64,000 bases of DNA from Actinomycetota bacterium. Lineage in GTDB: Bacteria; Actinomycetota; UBA4738; HRBIN12. The DNA lies in assembly GCA_026003015.1 (NCBI GenBank), contig BPGL01000001.1, positions 64,922 through 128,921 of the forward strand, given 5' to 3'. Under the pieces are notes generated by a model. It was not told the DNA's origin. It made no database searches and saw nothing but the letters and a program-made list of their open reading frames with translations. The translations under genes and the position numbers were made by a program. This document shows positions 52,157-61,367 of this stretch, piece after piece. Numbering within the stretch: the stretch's first letter is position 1; every line of letters begins with the position of its first letter.

Positions 52157-53194
52157 GTGCGGGCGGTCGTGTTCGACGGCGTGGGGCGGGTTCGGGTGGA
52201 CGAGGTGCCCGACCCGCGGCCGGTGCACCCCGACGACGCCGTCGTGCGCGTGCACCTCGCCGGGATCTGCGGCTCCGACCTGCACTTCCTGTCCGGCAAG
52301 GCGCCGCTCGCGCCCGGCGAGGGGATCGGCCACGAGGCCGTCGGGACCGTCGAGGCGGTCGGGCCGGCCGTCGAGACCGTGGAGGTCGGCGACCGGGTCG
52401 TGGTGTCGTTCGCGGTCGCCTGCGGGCGGTGCTGGTTCTGTCGACGGGCGGAGACGGGGCTGTGCGACCAGGCCGCCGTCTTCGGGGCGGGCGCGTTCGG
52501 CGGGGGTCTGCCCGGCGCTCAGGCCGAGCGCCTGCTCGTTCCGCACGCCGACCACAACCTCCTGCGGGTGCCGGCGGACGTGGACGACGAGCGAGCGCTG
52601 TTCGTGGGCGACGCCGCGACCACGGCCTGGTACGCGGCGACGCTCGCCGAGCCGGCCGGGCGCACCGTCGCCGTCGTCGGCGCCGGGCCCGTGGGCGTGC
52701 TCCTCGTGCAGGCGCTCGTCGCCCTCGGGGCGGAGCGGGTCGTGGCGCTCGATCGTGAGCCGTCGCGCCTGGCGGCGGCCGCCGCCGCGGGCGCCGAGAT
52801 CGTCGCGGTGGGGGAGCGCAACCCGCATATGGCGCTGGCCCGCCTCACCGAGGACCGGGGAGCCGACGTCGCGATCGACGCGGTCGGTCACCCCGAGGCG
52901 TTCGAGACCGCTCGCTCCGTGGTGCGGCGCGGAGGTGTGGTGATCGTCGTCGGGATGTACGCGGGTGAGTCGGTGGAGCTGCAGCTCGGACCGTCGTGGG
53001 CGCAGGCGGTCACGCTGCGGTTCACGGGTCCCTGCCCGGTGCACGCGTGCTGGGACGCCGCGATGGCCGAGGTCCGCGCCGGTCGGATCGACCCGCTGCC
53101 CCTCGTGAGCGACCGGCTGCCGCTGGAGGACGCGCAGCTGGGATACGAGCGGTTCGCGGCGCGCGCCGCGACCAAGGTCCTGCTCGTGCCGTAG
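52157..53194 (+). CDS. Zinc-dependent alcohol dehydrogenase family protein (MDR)
   Basis: GHE catalytic-Zn motif, structural-Zn cysteines (CGRCWFCRRAETGLC) and a GxGxxG (VGAGPVGV). Confidence 0.8.
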   Translation: MRAVVFDGVGRVRVDEVPDPRPVHPDDAVVRVHLAGICGSDLHFLSGKAPLAPGEGIGHEAVGTVEAVGPAVETVEVGDRVVVSFAVACGRCWFCRRAETGLCDQAAVFGAGAFGGGLPGAQAERLLVPHADHNLLRVPADVDDERALFVGDAATTAWYAATLAEPAGRTVAVVGAGPVGVLLVQALVALGAERVVALDREPSRLAAAAAAGAEIVAVGERNPHMALARLTEDRGADVAIDAVGHPEAFETARSVVRRGGVVIVVGMYAGESVELQLGPSWAQAVTLRFTGPCPVHACWDAAMAEVRAGRIDPLPLVSDRLPLEDAQLGYERFAARAATKVLLVP

Positions 53195-53584
53195 ATGTCT
53201 CCGCAGGCCGGTCTCGCCGGGATCGTCGAGGAGCTCGTGCGCCAGAACCTCGAGCGCGACCCCTCGCGTCGCCGTCTCCTGCGCCCGACGATCGTCGTGT
53301 TGGAGGCGCCCGACGCGGGCGTCGTCGCCACCGTGCGGGTCACGAAGGCGGGGGTGACCGCCCGCGACGGCGACGATCCGCGCGCGGCGGTCCGGGTGCG
53401 CGCCGACGCCGCCCGCCTGCTCGACCTCGCCATCGTCCCGCTCGTGCTCGGCCTTCCCGATCCGCGGAGCCCCGAGGGCCGGGCGGTCGTCGCCGACCTG
53501 CTCGCCGGCCGCTACCGGATCGACGGCCTCGCGCGCCACCCCCTGCAGGCGCTGCGGTTCCTGCGGCTGCTGTCGGCCCGCTGA
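53195..53584 (+). CDS. SCP2-like domain protein
   Basis: 129 aa, similar to the upstream SCP2 protein (...LLAGRYRIDGL...). The call is weak. Confidence 0.45.
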   Translation: MSPQAGLAGIVEELVRQNLERDPSRRRLLRPTIVVLEAPDAGVVATVRVTKAGVTARDGDDPRAAVRVRADAARLLDLAIVPLVLGLPDPRSPEGRAVVADLLAGRYRIDGLARHPLQALRFLRLLSAR

Positions 53585-53613
53585 GGGCGTCAGGCCGGTA
53601 GGCTGGCGCGGCC

Positions 53614-54564
53614 GTGGAGATGGCGGCGCTGATCCGGGGGGTCCTCGAGGGCGACGCGCGGGCGGTCGCGCGGGCGATCTCGCTCGTCGAGGACGACCGC
53701 CCCGAGCTCGAGGCGCTCGCCGCGGGCCTCGTGGAGCACACGGGAGGCTCGTGCACGATCGGCCTCACGGGCGCGCCGGGCGTCGGGAAGTCGACGATCG
53801 CGGCCGGCCTCGTCGGGGCCCTACGGGCCCGTGATCTGCGCGTGGCCGTCCTGGCGGTCGACCCGACCTCGCCGGCCACGGGCGGGGCGCTGCTCGGCGA
53901 CCGGGTCCGGATGCAGGCGCACGCGACCGACCCCGGCGTGTTCATCCGTTCGATGGCGACCCGGGGACACCTGGGGGGGATGGCCCTGGCCACCCCCGAA
54001 GCGGTCCGCGTGCTCGAGGCCGCCGGCTACGCGCAGATCATCGTCGAGACGGTCGGCGTCGGTCAGGCCGAGGTCGACGTCGCGGCGGCGACCGACACGG
54101 CCGTCGTGGTCCTCGCCCCCGGGCTGGGAGACGCCGTCCAGATCGCGAAGGCGGGGATCTTGGAGATCGCCGACGTGTTCGTCGTGAACAAGGCCGACCG
54201 CGAGGGCGCCGACGTGCTCGTGCGCGAGCTGCGCCAGATGCTCGAACTGGGCACGCCTCGCGAGTGGTCGCCTCCGGTCCTGGCGGTGACGGCGACGACC
54301 GGGGCGGGGCTGGACGCGCTGCTCGACGCCGTCGAGGCCCACGTCGCGTGGGCCCGGGGCTCCGGCGCCCTCGAGGCGAAACGGCGCGCCCGGCTCCTGC
54401 AGGAGGTCGCGGCGCTCGCGGCCGCGCGCCTTCGCGTGGAGCTCGAGCGAGCCCTGCACGCCGACGACGCGCTCGTCGCCGACCTCCTCGCGCGTCGGCT
54501 CGACCCCCGGGGGGCGGCGGCGCGCCTGCTGCACCGGCTGGACGGCGCGCACCGCCGGGGTTGA
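53614..54564 (+). CDS. meaB: Methylmalonyl-CoA mutase-associated GTPase MeaB/ArgK
   Basis: G1 GAPGVGKST, NKAD and a typical length. No mutase gene is adjacent. Confidence 0.8.
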   Translation: MEMAALIRGVLEGDARAVARAISLVEDDRPELEALAAGLVEHTGGSCTIGLTGAPGVGKSTIAAGLVGALRARDLRVAVLAVDPTSPATGGALLGDRVRMQAHATDPGVFIRSMATRGHLGGMALATPEAVRVLEAAGYAQIIVETVGVGQAEVDVAAATDTAVVVLAPGLGDAVQIAKAGILEIADVFVVNKADREGADVLVRELRQMLELGTPREWSPPVLAVTATTGAGLDALLDAVEAHVAWARGSGALEAKRRARLLQEVAALAAARLRVELERALHADDALVADLLARRLDPRGAAARLLHRLDGAHRRG

Positions 54565-54672
54565 CGATGCGCGCGGCGCGGTCGTATACACGGGGCAGGA
54601 GAAGCTGCAGCGCGTTGCAGCTGCATGCCATTGCCGGATCCGACCCGGTCCGGTGTGGGGAGGGCGAGGACC

Positions 54673-55365
54673 GTGCACATCCCGGACGGCTTCATCAACG
54701 CCCCGGTCTCGATCGCCGCCGGTGCCGCGTCCCTTGGGGCGCTCGCCGCGTCGGCGCGCCGGGTGAGCGAGGAGCTCGCCGAGCGCGCGGCGCCGCTGGC
54801 GGGCCTGGTCGCCGCGTTCGTGTTCGCGGCTCAGATGCTGAACTTCCCGGTGGCTGCCGGGACGAGCGGCCACCTGCTCGGCGGCGTGCTCGCAGCGGTG
54901 CTCGTCGGGCCGTGGACCGGTGCGATCTGCATCGCCCTCGTCCTGTTCGTCCAGGCGCTCGTGTTCGCCGACGGAGGGTTGAGCGCCCTGGGCCTCAACG
55001 TGGTGAACATGGCGGTGATCGGCGCCCTCGGCGGGTACGTCGTCTTCCGGGCGCTGCGGGGCGCTCTGCCCCGCACGCGGTCCGGGGTCGTGGTCGCCTC
55101 GGGCGTGGCCGCGGGGATCTCGGTCGTGCTGGCCGCGATCGGGTTCTGGGTCGAGTACGCCCTCGGTGGCACGGTGGGCGTCGATCTCGGGACCGTGTTC
55201 GGCGCGATGGTGGGGGTGCACCTGCTGATCGGGATCGGCGAGGGCGTGATCACCGCGCTCACGGTCGGCGCGGTGATGTCCGTACGCCCGGACCTCGTCC
55301 ACGGCGCGCGCGACCTCGTTCCGAGCGCGGCGCCCGCCCGCAGCGGCGCGCCGTCGGGAGGCTGA
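54673..55365 (+). CDS. cbiM: Cobalt/nickel ECF transporter substrate-specific component CbiM
   Basis: A GTG at 54673 gives the N-terminus (M)HIPDGFI..., the metal-binding Met-His start typical of CbiM. GGGAGGG lies 10 nt upstream. It is a multi-TM protein. Confidence 0.75.
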   Translation: MHIPDGFINAPVSIAAGAASLGALAASARRVSEELAERAAPLAGLVAAFVFAAQMLNFPVAAGTSGHLLGGVLAAVLVGPWTGAICIALVLFVQALVFADGGLSALGLNVVNMAVIGALGGYVVFRALRGALPRTRSGVVVASGVAAGISVVLAAIGFWVEYALGGTVGVDLGTVFGAMVGVHLLIGIGEGVITALTVGAVMSVRPDLVHGARDLVPSAAPARSGAPSGG

Positions 55366-55369
55366 TCGC

Positions 55370-55747
55370 ATGCGCACGAGCCGCTCCACGGTCGGGATGT
55401 TCGTGATCGGCGGGCTGCTCGTCGCGTTGGGCCTCGCGGTGTTCGCGAGCCCGTACGCGAGCAGCTCGCCCGACGGGCTCGAGCGGGTCGCGATCGACCG
55501 GGGGTTCGCCGAGGCGGCGTCCGACCACGCGCTCGCCGACTCGCCGCTCGCGGACTACGGCGTCCGCGGGATCGACGACCCCCGGCTGTCGACCGGCCTG
55601 TCCGGCCTCGTCGGGGTGCTCATCACGTTCGGGATCGGGCTGGTCCTCTTCGGGCTGCTCCGGCGCAGCCGCGAGCTCGGCCGCGGTGGTCCGTCGTCGC
55701 GGGACGGCGCGTCGGCATCCGCGCCGGGCGCGTCGGCGCCCGCATGA
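55370..55747 (+). CDS. PDGLE domain-containing protein (CbiN-like partner of CbiM)
   Basis: It has a TM segment and a literal SSPDGLE motif, with a second TM at the C-terminus. Confidence 0.7.
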   Translation: MRTSRSTVGMFVIGGLLVALGLAVFASPYASSSPDGLERVAIDRGFAEAASDHALADSPLADYGVRGIDDPRLSTGLSGLVGVLITFGIGLVLFGLLRRSRELGRGGPSSRDGASASAPGASAPA

Positions 55748-56511
55748 GCGGTGCGCACGCGCACGCCCTCTACTACCACGAGCACAGCCCCGTCCACCGT
55801 GCGCCGGCCGCCTGCAAGCTCGCGGCGCACCTCGCCTTCGTCCTGATCGTCGTCGCGACCCCGCGCGAGGCCGTCTGGGCGTTCGGCGCCTACGCGGTGC
55901 TCCTCGTCCTCGTCGGCTCGCTCGCGCGCCTCCCGCTGGGGTTCGCGCTGCCGCGTCTGGCCGTCGAGCTGCCCTTCGTCGCCTTCGCCCTGATCTTGCC
56001 CTTCATCGCCTCCGGGGAACGCATCGAGGTCGGCGGCCTCGCGCTGTCGCGCGACGGTCTGTGGGGCGCCTGGAACATCCTCGCGAAAGGGACCCTGGGC
56101 GTGGGCGCCAGCGTGATCGTGGCGGCGACGACGACGCTGCCCGAGCTCGTGCACGGGCTCGAACGCCTGCGCCTGCCTCGGGTCTTCACCCAGATGGCCG
56201 CCTTCATGGTGCGCTACCTCGACGTGATCGCCGACGAGCTCAGGCGGATGCGCCTGGCCAGGACCGCCCGCGCCTACGATCCCCGCTGGCTGTGGCAGGC
56301 GCGAGCGATCGCGGCCTCGGCGGGGGCGCTGTTCATCCGCTCGTTCGAGCGCGGCGAGCGGGTGTGGCTCGCCATGGTGAGCCGCGGCTACGAGGGGTCG
56401 ATGCCCGCCGTCGGGCCCGGCGCGATCGAGGCCCGCTGGTGGGTCGCGAGCCTCGCGGTCCCGGGGGCGGCGGGCGTCGTGTGCGTCCTCGCCTGGATCG
56501 GGCTGCGATGA
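55744..56511 (+). CDS. cbiQ: Cobalt ECF transporter transmembrane (T) component CbiQ
   Basis: Multi-TM EcfT/CbiQ fold. Its start overlaps the upstream stop. Confidence 0.75.
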   Translation: MSGAHAHALYYHEHSPVHRAPAACKLAAHLAFVLIVVATPREAVWAFGAYAVLLVLVGSLARLPLGFALPRLAVELPFVAFALILPFIASGERIEVGGLALSRDGLWGAWNILAKGTLGVGASVIVAATTTLPELVHGLERLRLPRVFTQMAAFMVRYLDVIADELRRMRLARTARAYDPRWLWQARAIAASAGALFIRSFERGERVWLAMVSRGYEGSMPAVGPGAIEARWWVASLAVPGAAGVVCVLAWIGLR

Positions 56512-57296
56512 GCGCCGCACCCCCGGCCTTGGAGATCCGCGAGCTCGCGTTCGCCTACCCGGACGCGACGCCCGCCCTGCGGGGCATCGACCTCCTCGTG
56601 CGGCCGGGTGAGCGCGTCGCGGTGCTCGGCCCGAACGGAGCCGGCAAGACGACCTTGGTCCTGCACCTGAACGGGATCCTGCGTCCCCAGCAGGGATGGA
56701 TCCGCGTCGGCGGGCTCCCGGTCGAGGGCGAGCATCTGCGGGAGATCCGCCGCCGGGTCGGGCTCGTCTTCCAGGATCCCGACGACCAGCTCTTCATGCC
56801 GACCGTGGAGGACGACGTCGCCTTCGGGCCTCGCAACCTCGGCGTGGAGGGCGAGGAGCTCGAGCGGCGGGTGGAGAGCGCGCTGGCCGCCGTCGGGATG
56901 CTCGACCACCGCGATCGGCCGCCCCACCACCTGTCGTTCGGCCAGCGCCGGCGCGTCGCGATCGCCACGGTGCTCGCGATGGACCCCGAGGTCCTCGTGC
57001 TCGACGAGCCGTCCTCGAACCTCGATCCGGCGGGGCGGCGCGAGCTCGCCGAGGTCCTACGTCCGCTCGACGTCACCATCCTCATGGTGACCCACGACCT
57101 CCCGTACGCCCTGGAGCTGTGCCCCAGGGCGGTGGTGATGAACGAGGGCAGGATCGTCGCCGACGGCCCGACCCGGGAGCTGCTCGCCGACGCCGCGCTG
57201 ATGGCCGCGAACCGGCTCGAGCTCCCCTACGGGTTCATCCTCGCGCCGGAGCCGTCGCCGTCCGGTCGCGCGCGCACCTCCGACACAGGCCGGTGA
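56508..57296 (+). CDS. cbiO: Cobalt ECF transporter ATP-binding protein CbiO
   Basis: The ATG at 56508 overlaps the cbiQ stop. It has Walker A GPNGAGKTT and the signature LSFGQRRRVA. The upstream part of ORF 55686..57296 is an artefact. Confidence 0.85.
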   Translation: MSAAPPALEIRELAFAYPDATPALRGIDLLVRPGERVAVLGPNGAGKTTLVLHLNGILRPQQGWIRVGGLPVEGEHLREIRRRVGLVFQDPDDQLFMPTVEDDVAFGPRNLGVEGEELERRVESALAAVGMLDHRDRPPHHLSFGQRRRVAIATVLAMDPEVLVLDEPSSNLDPAGRRELAEVLRPLDVTILMVTHDLPYALELCPRAVVMNEGRIVADGPTRELLADAALMAANRLELPYGFILAPEPSPSGRARTSDTGR

Positions 57297-57633
57297 TCGC
57301 GAAATGGGTCAGGTCCGCCTCGAACCCGTTGTGGTGGCGGAGCAGCCCGGCGAGCTCGGCGACCTCGTCGACGGTGAGCTCCTCGTTGCGCTCGCACCGC
57401 TGGCAGATCAGGTGGACGTGGCGGGCCTCGTCGGCTCGGTGGTACTCGGCGCCCGCCTCCAGGTGGGCGTGGCGTAGGACGCCCACCTCCTCGAGGAGCG
57501 CCAGCGTCCGGTAGACCGTCGAGGCGTTCACCCCGGGCATCTCGCCTTGGACCCGACGCGCGATCTGCGTGGGGGCGATGTGGCCGGGGGTGCGGAGGAC
57601 CTCCGCGACGATCGCCCTGCGCTGCGGGGTCAT
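57235..57633 (-). CDS. Fur family transcriptional regulator (Zur/Fur-like)
   Basis: About 132 aa with a DNA-binding N-terminus (TPQRRAIVAEVL), HxH and CxxC...CxxC metal sites. An alternative GTG start lies at 57696. Its 3' end overlaps cbiO convergently. Confidence 0.75.
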   Translation of the reverse strand: MTPQRRAIVAEVLRTPGHIAPTQIARRVQGEMPGVNASTVYRTLALLEEVGVLRHAHLEAGAEYHRADEARHVHLICQRCERNEELTVDEVAELAGLLRHHNGFEADLTHFAITGLCRRCARDRTATAPARG

Positions 57634-57784
57634 GCGCAGGCCCCGCGCGCGCAGCAGCTCCAGCACCCGCCCGAGGTCGTCGGCCGATCGCTCCACGCGG
57701 CCATCGTAGCAGCGACCTTGCAGGTGCAAGCGCAGGATGCAGGTGCCACCCCCGGCGTGGCGATCGGCGGCTACGCTCGGAGCC

Positions 57785-58672
57785 GTGACCGTGCTCGTGA
57801 CGGGCGCGAGCGGCCTCGTGGGGGAGGCGACGGTGCGGGCCTTCCTCGGCCGCGACGAGGTCCGCGCCACCGTGCGCCGCCCGGAGACGGCCGAGCCGCT
57901 GCGCGCCCTGGGCGCGAAGGTGAGCGTTCGAGCGGCCGACCGGGTCGAGGTGCTCGCCGAGGTCCTGGGCGGTGTGCACACGGTCGTTCACCTGATCGGG
58001 GGTCCGAACGAGCCCGACGCGGACGCCGTGTCGGCCGCGAACCACGGCACGACGCTCGCCGCGCTCGAGGCCGCCCGTCTCACCGGCGTCCGGCGGTTCC
58101 TGTTCGTCTCGGTCCCCGACGCCGACCCGCGGTCGGCCGACCCGTTCCTGCGCGCCAAGGGGCTCGCGGAGCAGGCGATCGCCGCGAGCGGGCTGGAACA
58201 CGCGATCGTCAGGGCGGCGCCGGTCTACGGGCTGGGCGGCCTGTGGTTCGCCGCGCTCGTCGAAGGAGCCCTCGCCGAGCCCCCCTTCGTCGTGGGCGAC
58301 CCGGACCGCGAGGTCGCGCCGCTGTTCGTCGACGATCTCGCCGAGGCGCTCGCGCTGCTGGACGACCTCGAGGGGCCCCTGGAGGGGACCTACGCGCTCG
58401 AGGGCCCGGAGGTCCTGCCGCTCGCGGAGGTCGTCGGGTGGCTCCGGGGGGATGACCGCGCGCCGGCGCCGCTGCCGGAGCCGGTCGCCGAGGCCCTCGG
58501 CCGCCGGCTCGCGACGGCGGTGTGGCCGACGGCCGCGGCGTTCCTGGCCCGGGCCGGTCGCGCGCAGGGCTCCACGTCGCTTCCGGCGATGCTGGGCTCG
58601 GCGCTGCCCCGTACCGGCCTCGCCGAAGGGCTCGACCGCACGCTCGTCCGCGCCGGGCTCCGACCGGGCTAG
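57785..58672 (+). CDS. NAD-dependent epimerase/dehydratase (NmrA-like) family protein
   Basis: A GTG at 57785 gives an N-terminus VTVLVTGASGLVG. GGAG lies 4 nt upstream. The product is about 295 aa. Confidence 0.65.
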   Translation: MTVLVTGASGLVGEATVRAFLGRDEVRATVRRPETAEPLRALGAKVSVRAADRVEVLAEVLGGVHTVVHLIGGPNEPDADAVSAANHGTTLAALEAARLTGVRRFLFVSVPDADPRSADPFLRAKGLAEQAIAASGLEHAIVRAAPVYGLGGLWFAALVEGALAEPPFVVGDPDREVAPLFVDDLAEALALLDDLEGPLEGTYALEGPEVLPLAEVVGWLRGDDRAPAPLPEPVAEALGRRLATAVWPTAAAFLARAGRAQGSTSLPAMLGSALPRTGLAEGLDRTLVRAGLRPG

Positions 58673-58831
58673 GCTGCGGGCTCAGTGTCAAGCGACGATC
58701 GTCCGCTTCGAGGGCTCGGGACCCGGTGCTCTCGCGGTCGCCTGCCGACCCGGGCAGCTCGGTGGGTACCTGATCGGCTCGGGGAGCGCCCCTCCTTCGA
58801 TGGCGGACGGCGTTGGTCGATCAGGCCAGGG

Positions 58832-59095
58832 CTACACCGACGGCTCCACCCACTCGGCCTGCGACACGTCGAACGCGAACCGTTCCCTATCCGGCCCCTC
58901 GAGCGTGAGGACCAGATCGCGCTCCGCGACGATCGTGAGTGGGCCGACCCTCTTCGGTGGCTCGTAGAAGCGCATCCGCGGGGTGATCTCCGACGGCGGG
59001 GTGCCGCTCTGCGCCAGGGTCTCGACCAGGGTCTCGACGAGCAGGCCCCACCTGCGCTCCAGGGTCAGCCCACCGTCGATCTCGATCGTCTGCAT
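58832..59095 (-). CDS. Hypothetical protein (possible C-terminal part of a frameshifted secreted protein)
   Basis: The 87-aa segment MQTIEIDGG...AEWVEPSV has strong GC3 codon bias. It is in the +1 frame relative to the upstream gene fragment. Confidence 0.45.
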   Translation of the reverse strand: MQTIEIDGGLTLERRWGLLVETLVETLAQSGTPPSEITPRMRFYEPPKRVGPLTIVAERDLVLTLEGPDRERFAFDVSQAEWVEPSV

Positions 59096-59106
59096 GACCG
59101 AGCGTA

Positions 59107-59552
59107 CGAGACCGGTCGCCGCCCACGTAGCCCAACCACCGGTTGACGACCTTGCAGCCGCCGGGGAGTCCCTCCCCCAGTCCGGGCGGGGCCGGAGAGG
59201 TGATCCCGGGCGGATCGTGCTTGACCTCGGCGTCCTCGGGGCCGAGGGGCGGCTCCGGCTCCATCCCCTTCGGCCGCTCGCAGAGCTCCCCGAGGGCCAT
59301 CCACTCCTTCTCGAACTGCTGGCTCCGCTGGTACTGCTCTTCCGCGCTGGTCGGCTCGGGCATGGCCTCGTACTTCGCCTCCAGCGCCTCCGTCCGTTCC
59401 CGCATCGAGGCGGGGTCACACGCGGGCCCGCTCGCAACCGCGATCCCCACACCGACCGCGCTCACCGCGCCCAGCGCGAGGACCAGTGCCACCTTCGTCC
59501 GCCACGTGGCGTGGCGCACCCGTTCCACGAGGCCCCGCATCGCTCGGCTCAT
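59107..59552 (-). CDS. Hypothetical secreted/membrane-anchored protein, N-terminal part; no in-frame stop until 58887
   Basis: ATG at 59552 preceded by GAAGGGGGAGAG. It has a signal/TM segment and a diverse composition with strong GC3 bias, which collapses about 15 nt before the downstream ORF. The exact 3' end is unresolved. Confidence 0.45.
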
Positions 59553-59674
59553 CTCTCCCCCTTCGGTCAAGGCTCTCTATGGGCAACCCCAGAGGGGCTC
59601 TCACCCTGGGCCCCCGATCCTCATGGCCTTGGCGTCCCCGGCCGGGCCTGGGACAGTGGGGCCGGGAGGTGTGC

Positions 59675-60083
59675 CATGGCCGAGGTCATCTCGACCGACC
59701 GGCTCACGACGTGCTACGGGGCCCGCGGGGGGGTGATCGAGTTCCTGCGCCGGACCCAGGGGTTCGGGGCCCGCCGGCGGTGGGCGGTGAAGGAATGCCG
59801 ACACCGGTCTCGGCACCTGGAGGTCGACCTGCTCGCCGCCGGCGCGGACGTGGTGCGGGAGCGGACCGGCAACCGCCGGCTGAACGCGGCGATCCACCGG
59901 ATCGCCGTGACCCAGATCCGGGTCCACGATGGCGCGAGGGCCTGCCTCGAGCGGAGGATGGCGATGGGCAACACGAAGGCGGAGGCGATCCGGGCGCTCA
60001 AGCGCAGGCTGTCCGACGTCGTCTACCGGAGGCGGCTCGCCCATGCGGGGAGCATCTCGGTTCCCCTCGGCGAGGCGGCCTGA
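59675..60083 (+). mobile_element. IS110-family transposase C-terminal fragment (remnant)
   Basis: 136 aa resembling the C-terminal region of IS110/IS116/IS902 transposases (GNRRLNAAIHRIAVTQIR...RRMAMGNTKAEAIRALKRRLSDVVYRRRL). The DEDD catalytic N-terminal domain is absent. Confidence 0.5.
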
Positions 60084-60097
60084 CAGAGGAGACAGGC

Positions 60098-60901
60098 GTG
60101 AGCGCGCCCGTGCACGTCGAGGTCGACGGGGCGGTCGGGGTGATCCGGCTCGACCGGCCGCCGGCCAACGCGATCGACCTGGCGACCGGGCTCGCGCTGC
60201 AGGAGGCGATCCGCGAGGTCGGCGCCCGCCCCGAGGTGGGGGCCGTCGTGGTCTGGGGGGGGCCGCGCCTGTTCGCGGCGGGGGCCGACATCCGGGCGAT
60301 GGCCGAGTGGGGGCCCGAGGAGGTCCGGCCGTCGGTGGACGCGCTGGGAGCGGCCTGCGACCTGCTCGAGGAGCTGCCCAAGCCGGTGATCGCCGCGGTC
60401 ACCGGCTACGCGCTCGGCGGCGGGCTCGAGCTCGCGCTCGCCTGCGATCTCCGCTACCTCGCCCACGACGCGCTGCTCGGTCAGCCGGAGATCCGGATCG
60501 GCGTGATCCCGGGCGCCGGAGGGACCCAGCGCCTCGTTCCCCTGATCGGGCCGGGGCGCACCCGCGAGCTCGTGTACACGGGGCGGACGGTCGACGCCGA
60601 GGAGGCGCTGCGGATCGGCCTGGCCGAGCGGGTGGTGCCGGCGGCGGAGGTGTTCGAGACCGCGGTGGCCGACGCCCGCTCGCTCGCCGACGGTCCGCGG
60701 GGGGCGCTCGCCGCGGCCAAGCGGGCGATCCGGGCGGCGCTCACCGAGCCCGGCGCCCGGGGGATCCGGCGTGAGCGCGAGCTGTTCCTCGGGCTGTTCG
60801 GGACGCCCGATCAGCGGGAGGGGATGCGCGCGTTCCTGGACAAGCGTCAGCCTCGTTTCGGCGCGTCCGTGGATCGTCCCGGCGCGGCTCGTGGGGACTG
60901 A
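60098..60901 (+). CDS. Enoyl-CoA hydratase/isomerase family protein
   Basis: A GTG at 60098 follows AGAGGAGA. It has a crotonase fold (AAVTGYALGGGLELALACDLRY). The upstream part of ORF 59486..60901 is an artefact. Confidence 0.8.
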   Translation: MSAPVHVEVDGAVGVIRLDRPPANAIDLATGLALQEAIREVGARPEVGAVVVWGGPRLFAAGADIRAMAEWGPEEVRPSVDALGAACDLLEELPKPVIAAVTGYALGGGLELALACDLRYLAHDALLGQPEIRIGVIPGAGGTQRLVPLIGPGRTRELVYTGRTVDAEEALRIGLAERVVPAAEVFETAVADARSLADGPRGALAAAKRAIRAALTEPGARGIRRERELFLGLFGTPDQREGMRAFLDKRQPRFGASVDRPGAARGD

Positions 60902-61047
60902 CCCGGCCTCCGCGGGCCCAGGGCGGGTCCGCGCCGGCGGGGGTGGACCGGTGCCGCGGGGGAATGAACCGCACAGGCGGCGGGTTCGAATCAGGTGACG
61001 AGGGGCCCGCACCTCGTCCGCCGTCGGGGCCTCTCGTGGGAAGGGAC

Positions 61048-61260
61048 GTGACCGACGTGGCAGAGGAGAGGTTCCGAGGGGCCCCCGTTCGCTCGCTGCC
61101 TCGGCCGAACCGGCAGTACGAGCCGGGTCGGGTGTGCGCGCAGCCCGGCTGCGGGACGCGCCTGTCCCGCTACAACAAGTGGCGGTTCTGCTGGCAGCAC
61201 GAGCCCGTGCACGCCTACGTGCCGCGGGGCAAGCGGCGCAGCAAGCGCGCGGCCGCCTGA
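61048..61260 (+). CDS. Small hypothetical zinc-ribbon protein
   Basis: High GC3 bias. The C-x4-C...C-x2-H cluster (VCAQPGCGTRLSRYNKWRFCWQHEP) is followed by a basic tail. The start codon is uncertain (GTG 61048 or 61057). Confidence 0.4.
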   Translation: MTDVAEERFRGAPVRSLPRPNRQYEPGRVCAQPGCGTRLSRYNKWRFCWQHEPVHAYVPRGKRRSKRAAA

Positions 61261-61367
61261 GGACCGTCGGCGCCGCCGCGGCGGGGACCGCGGCCTCGCT
61301 CAAGCGCGGGGCTCGCCCGACCGATGCTCGTGTCGGGACCGCTCCCCCCCGAGGCGCGGCGCCGAGC

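Noticed and set aside
54565-54672. Canonical cobalamin riboswitch upstream of cbiM
   Set aside because: The leader is only ~108 nt and lacks a recognisable B12-box. It is kept only as a low-confidence structured-leader observation.
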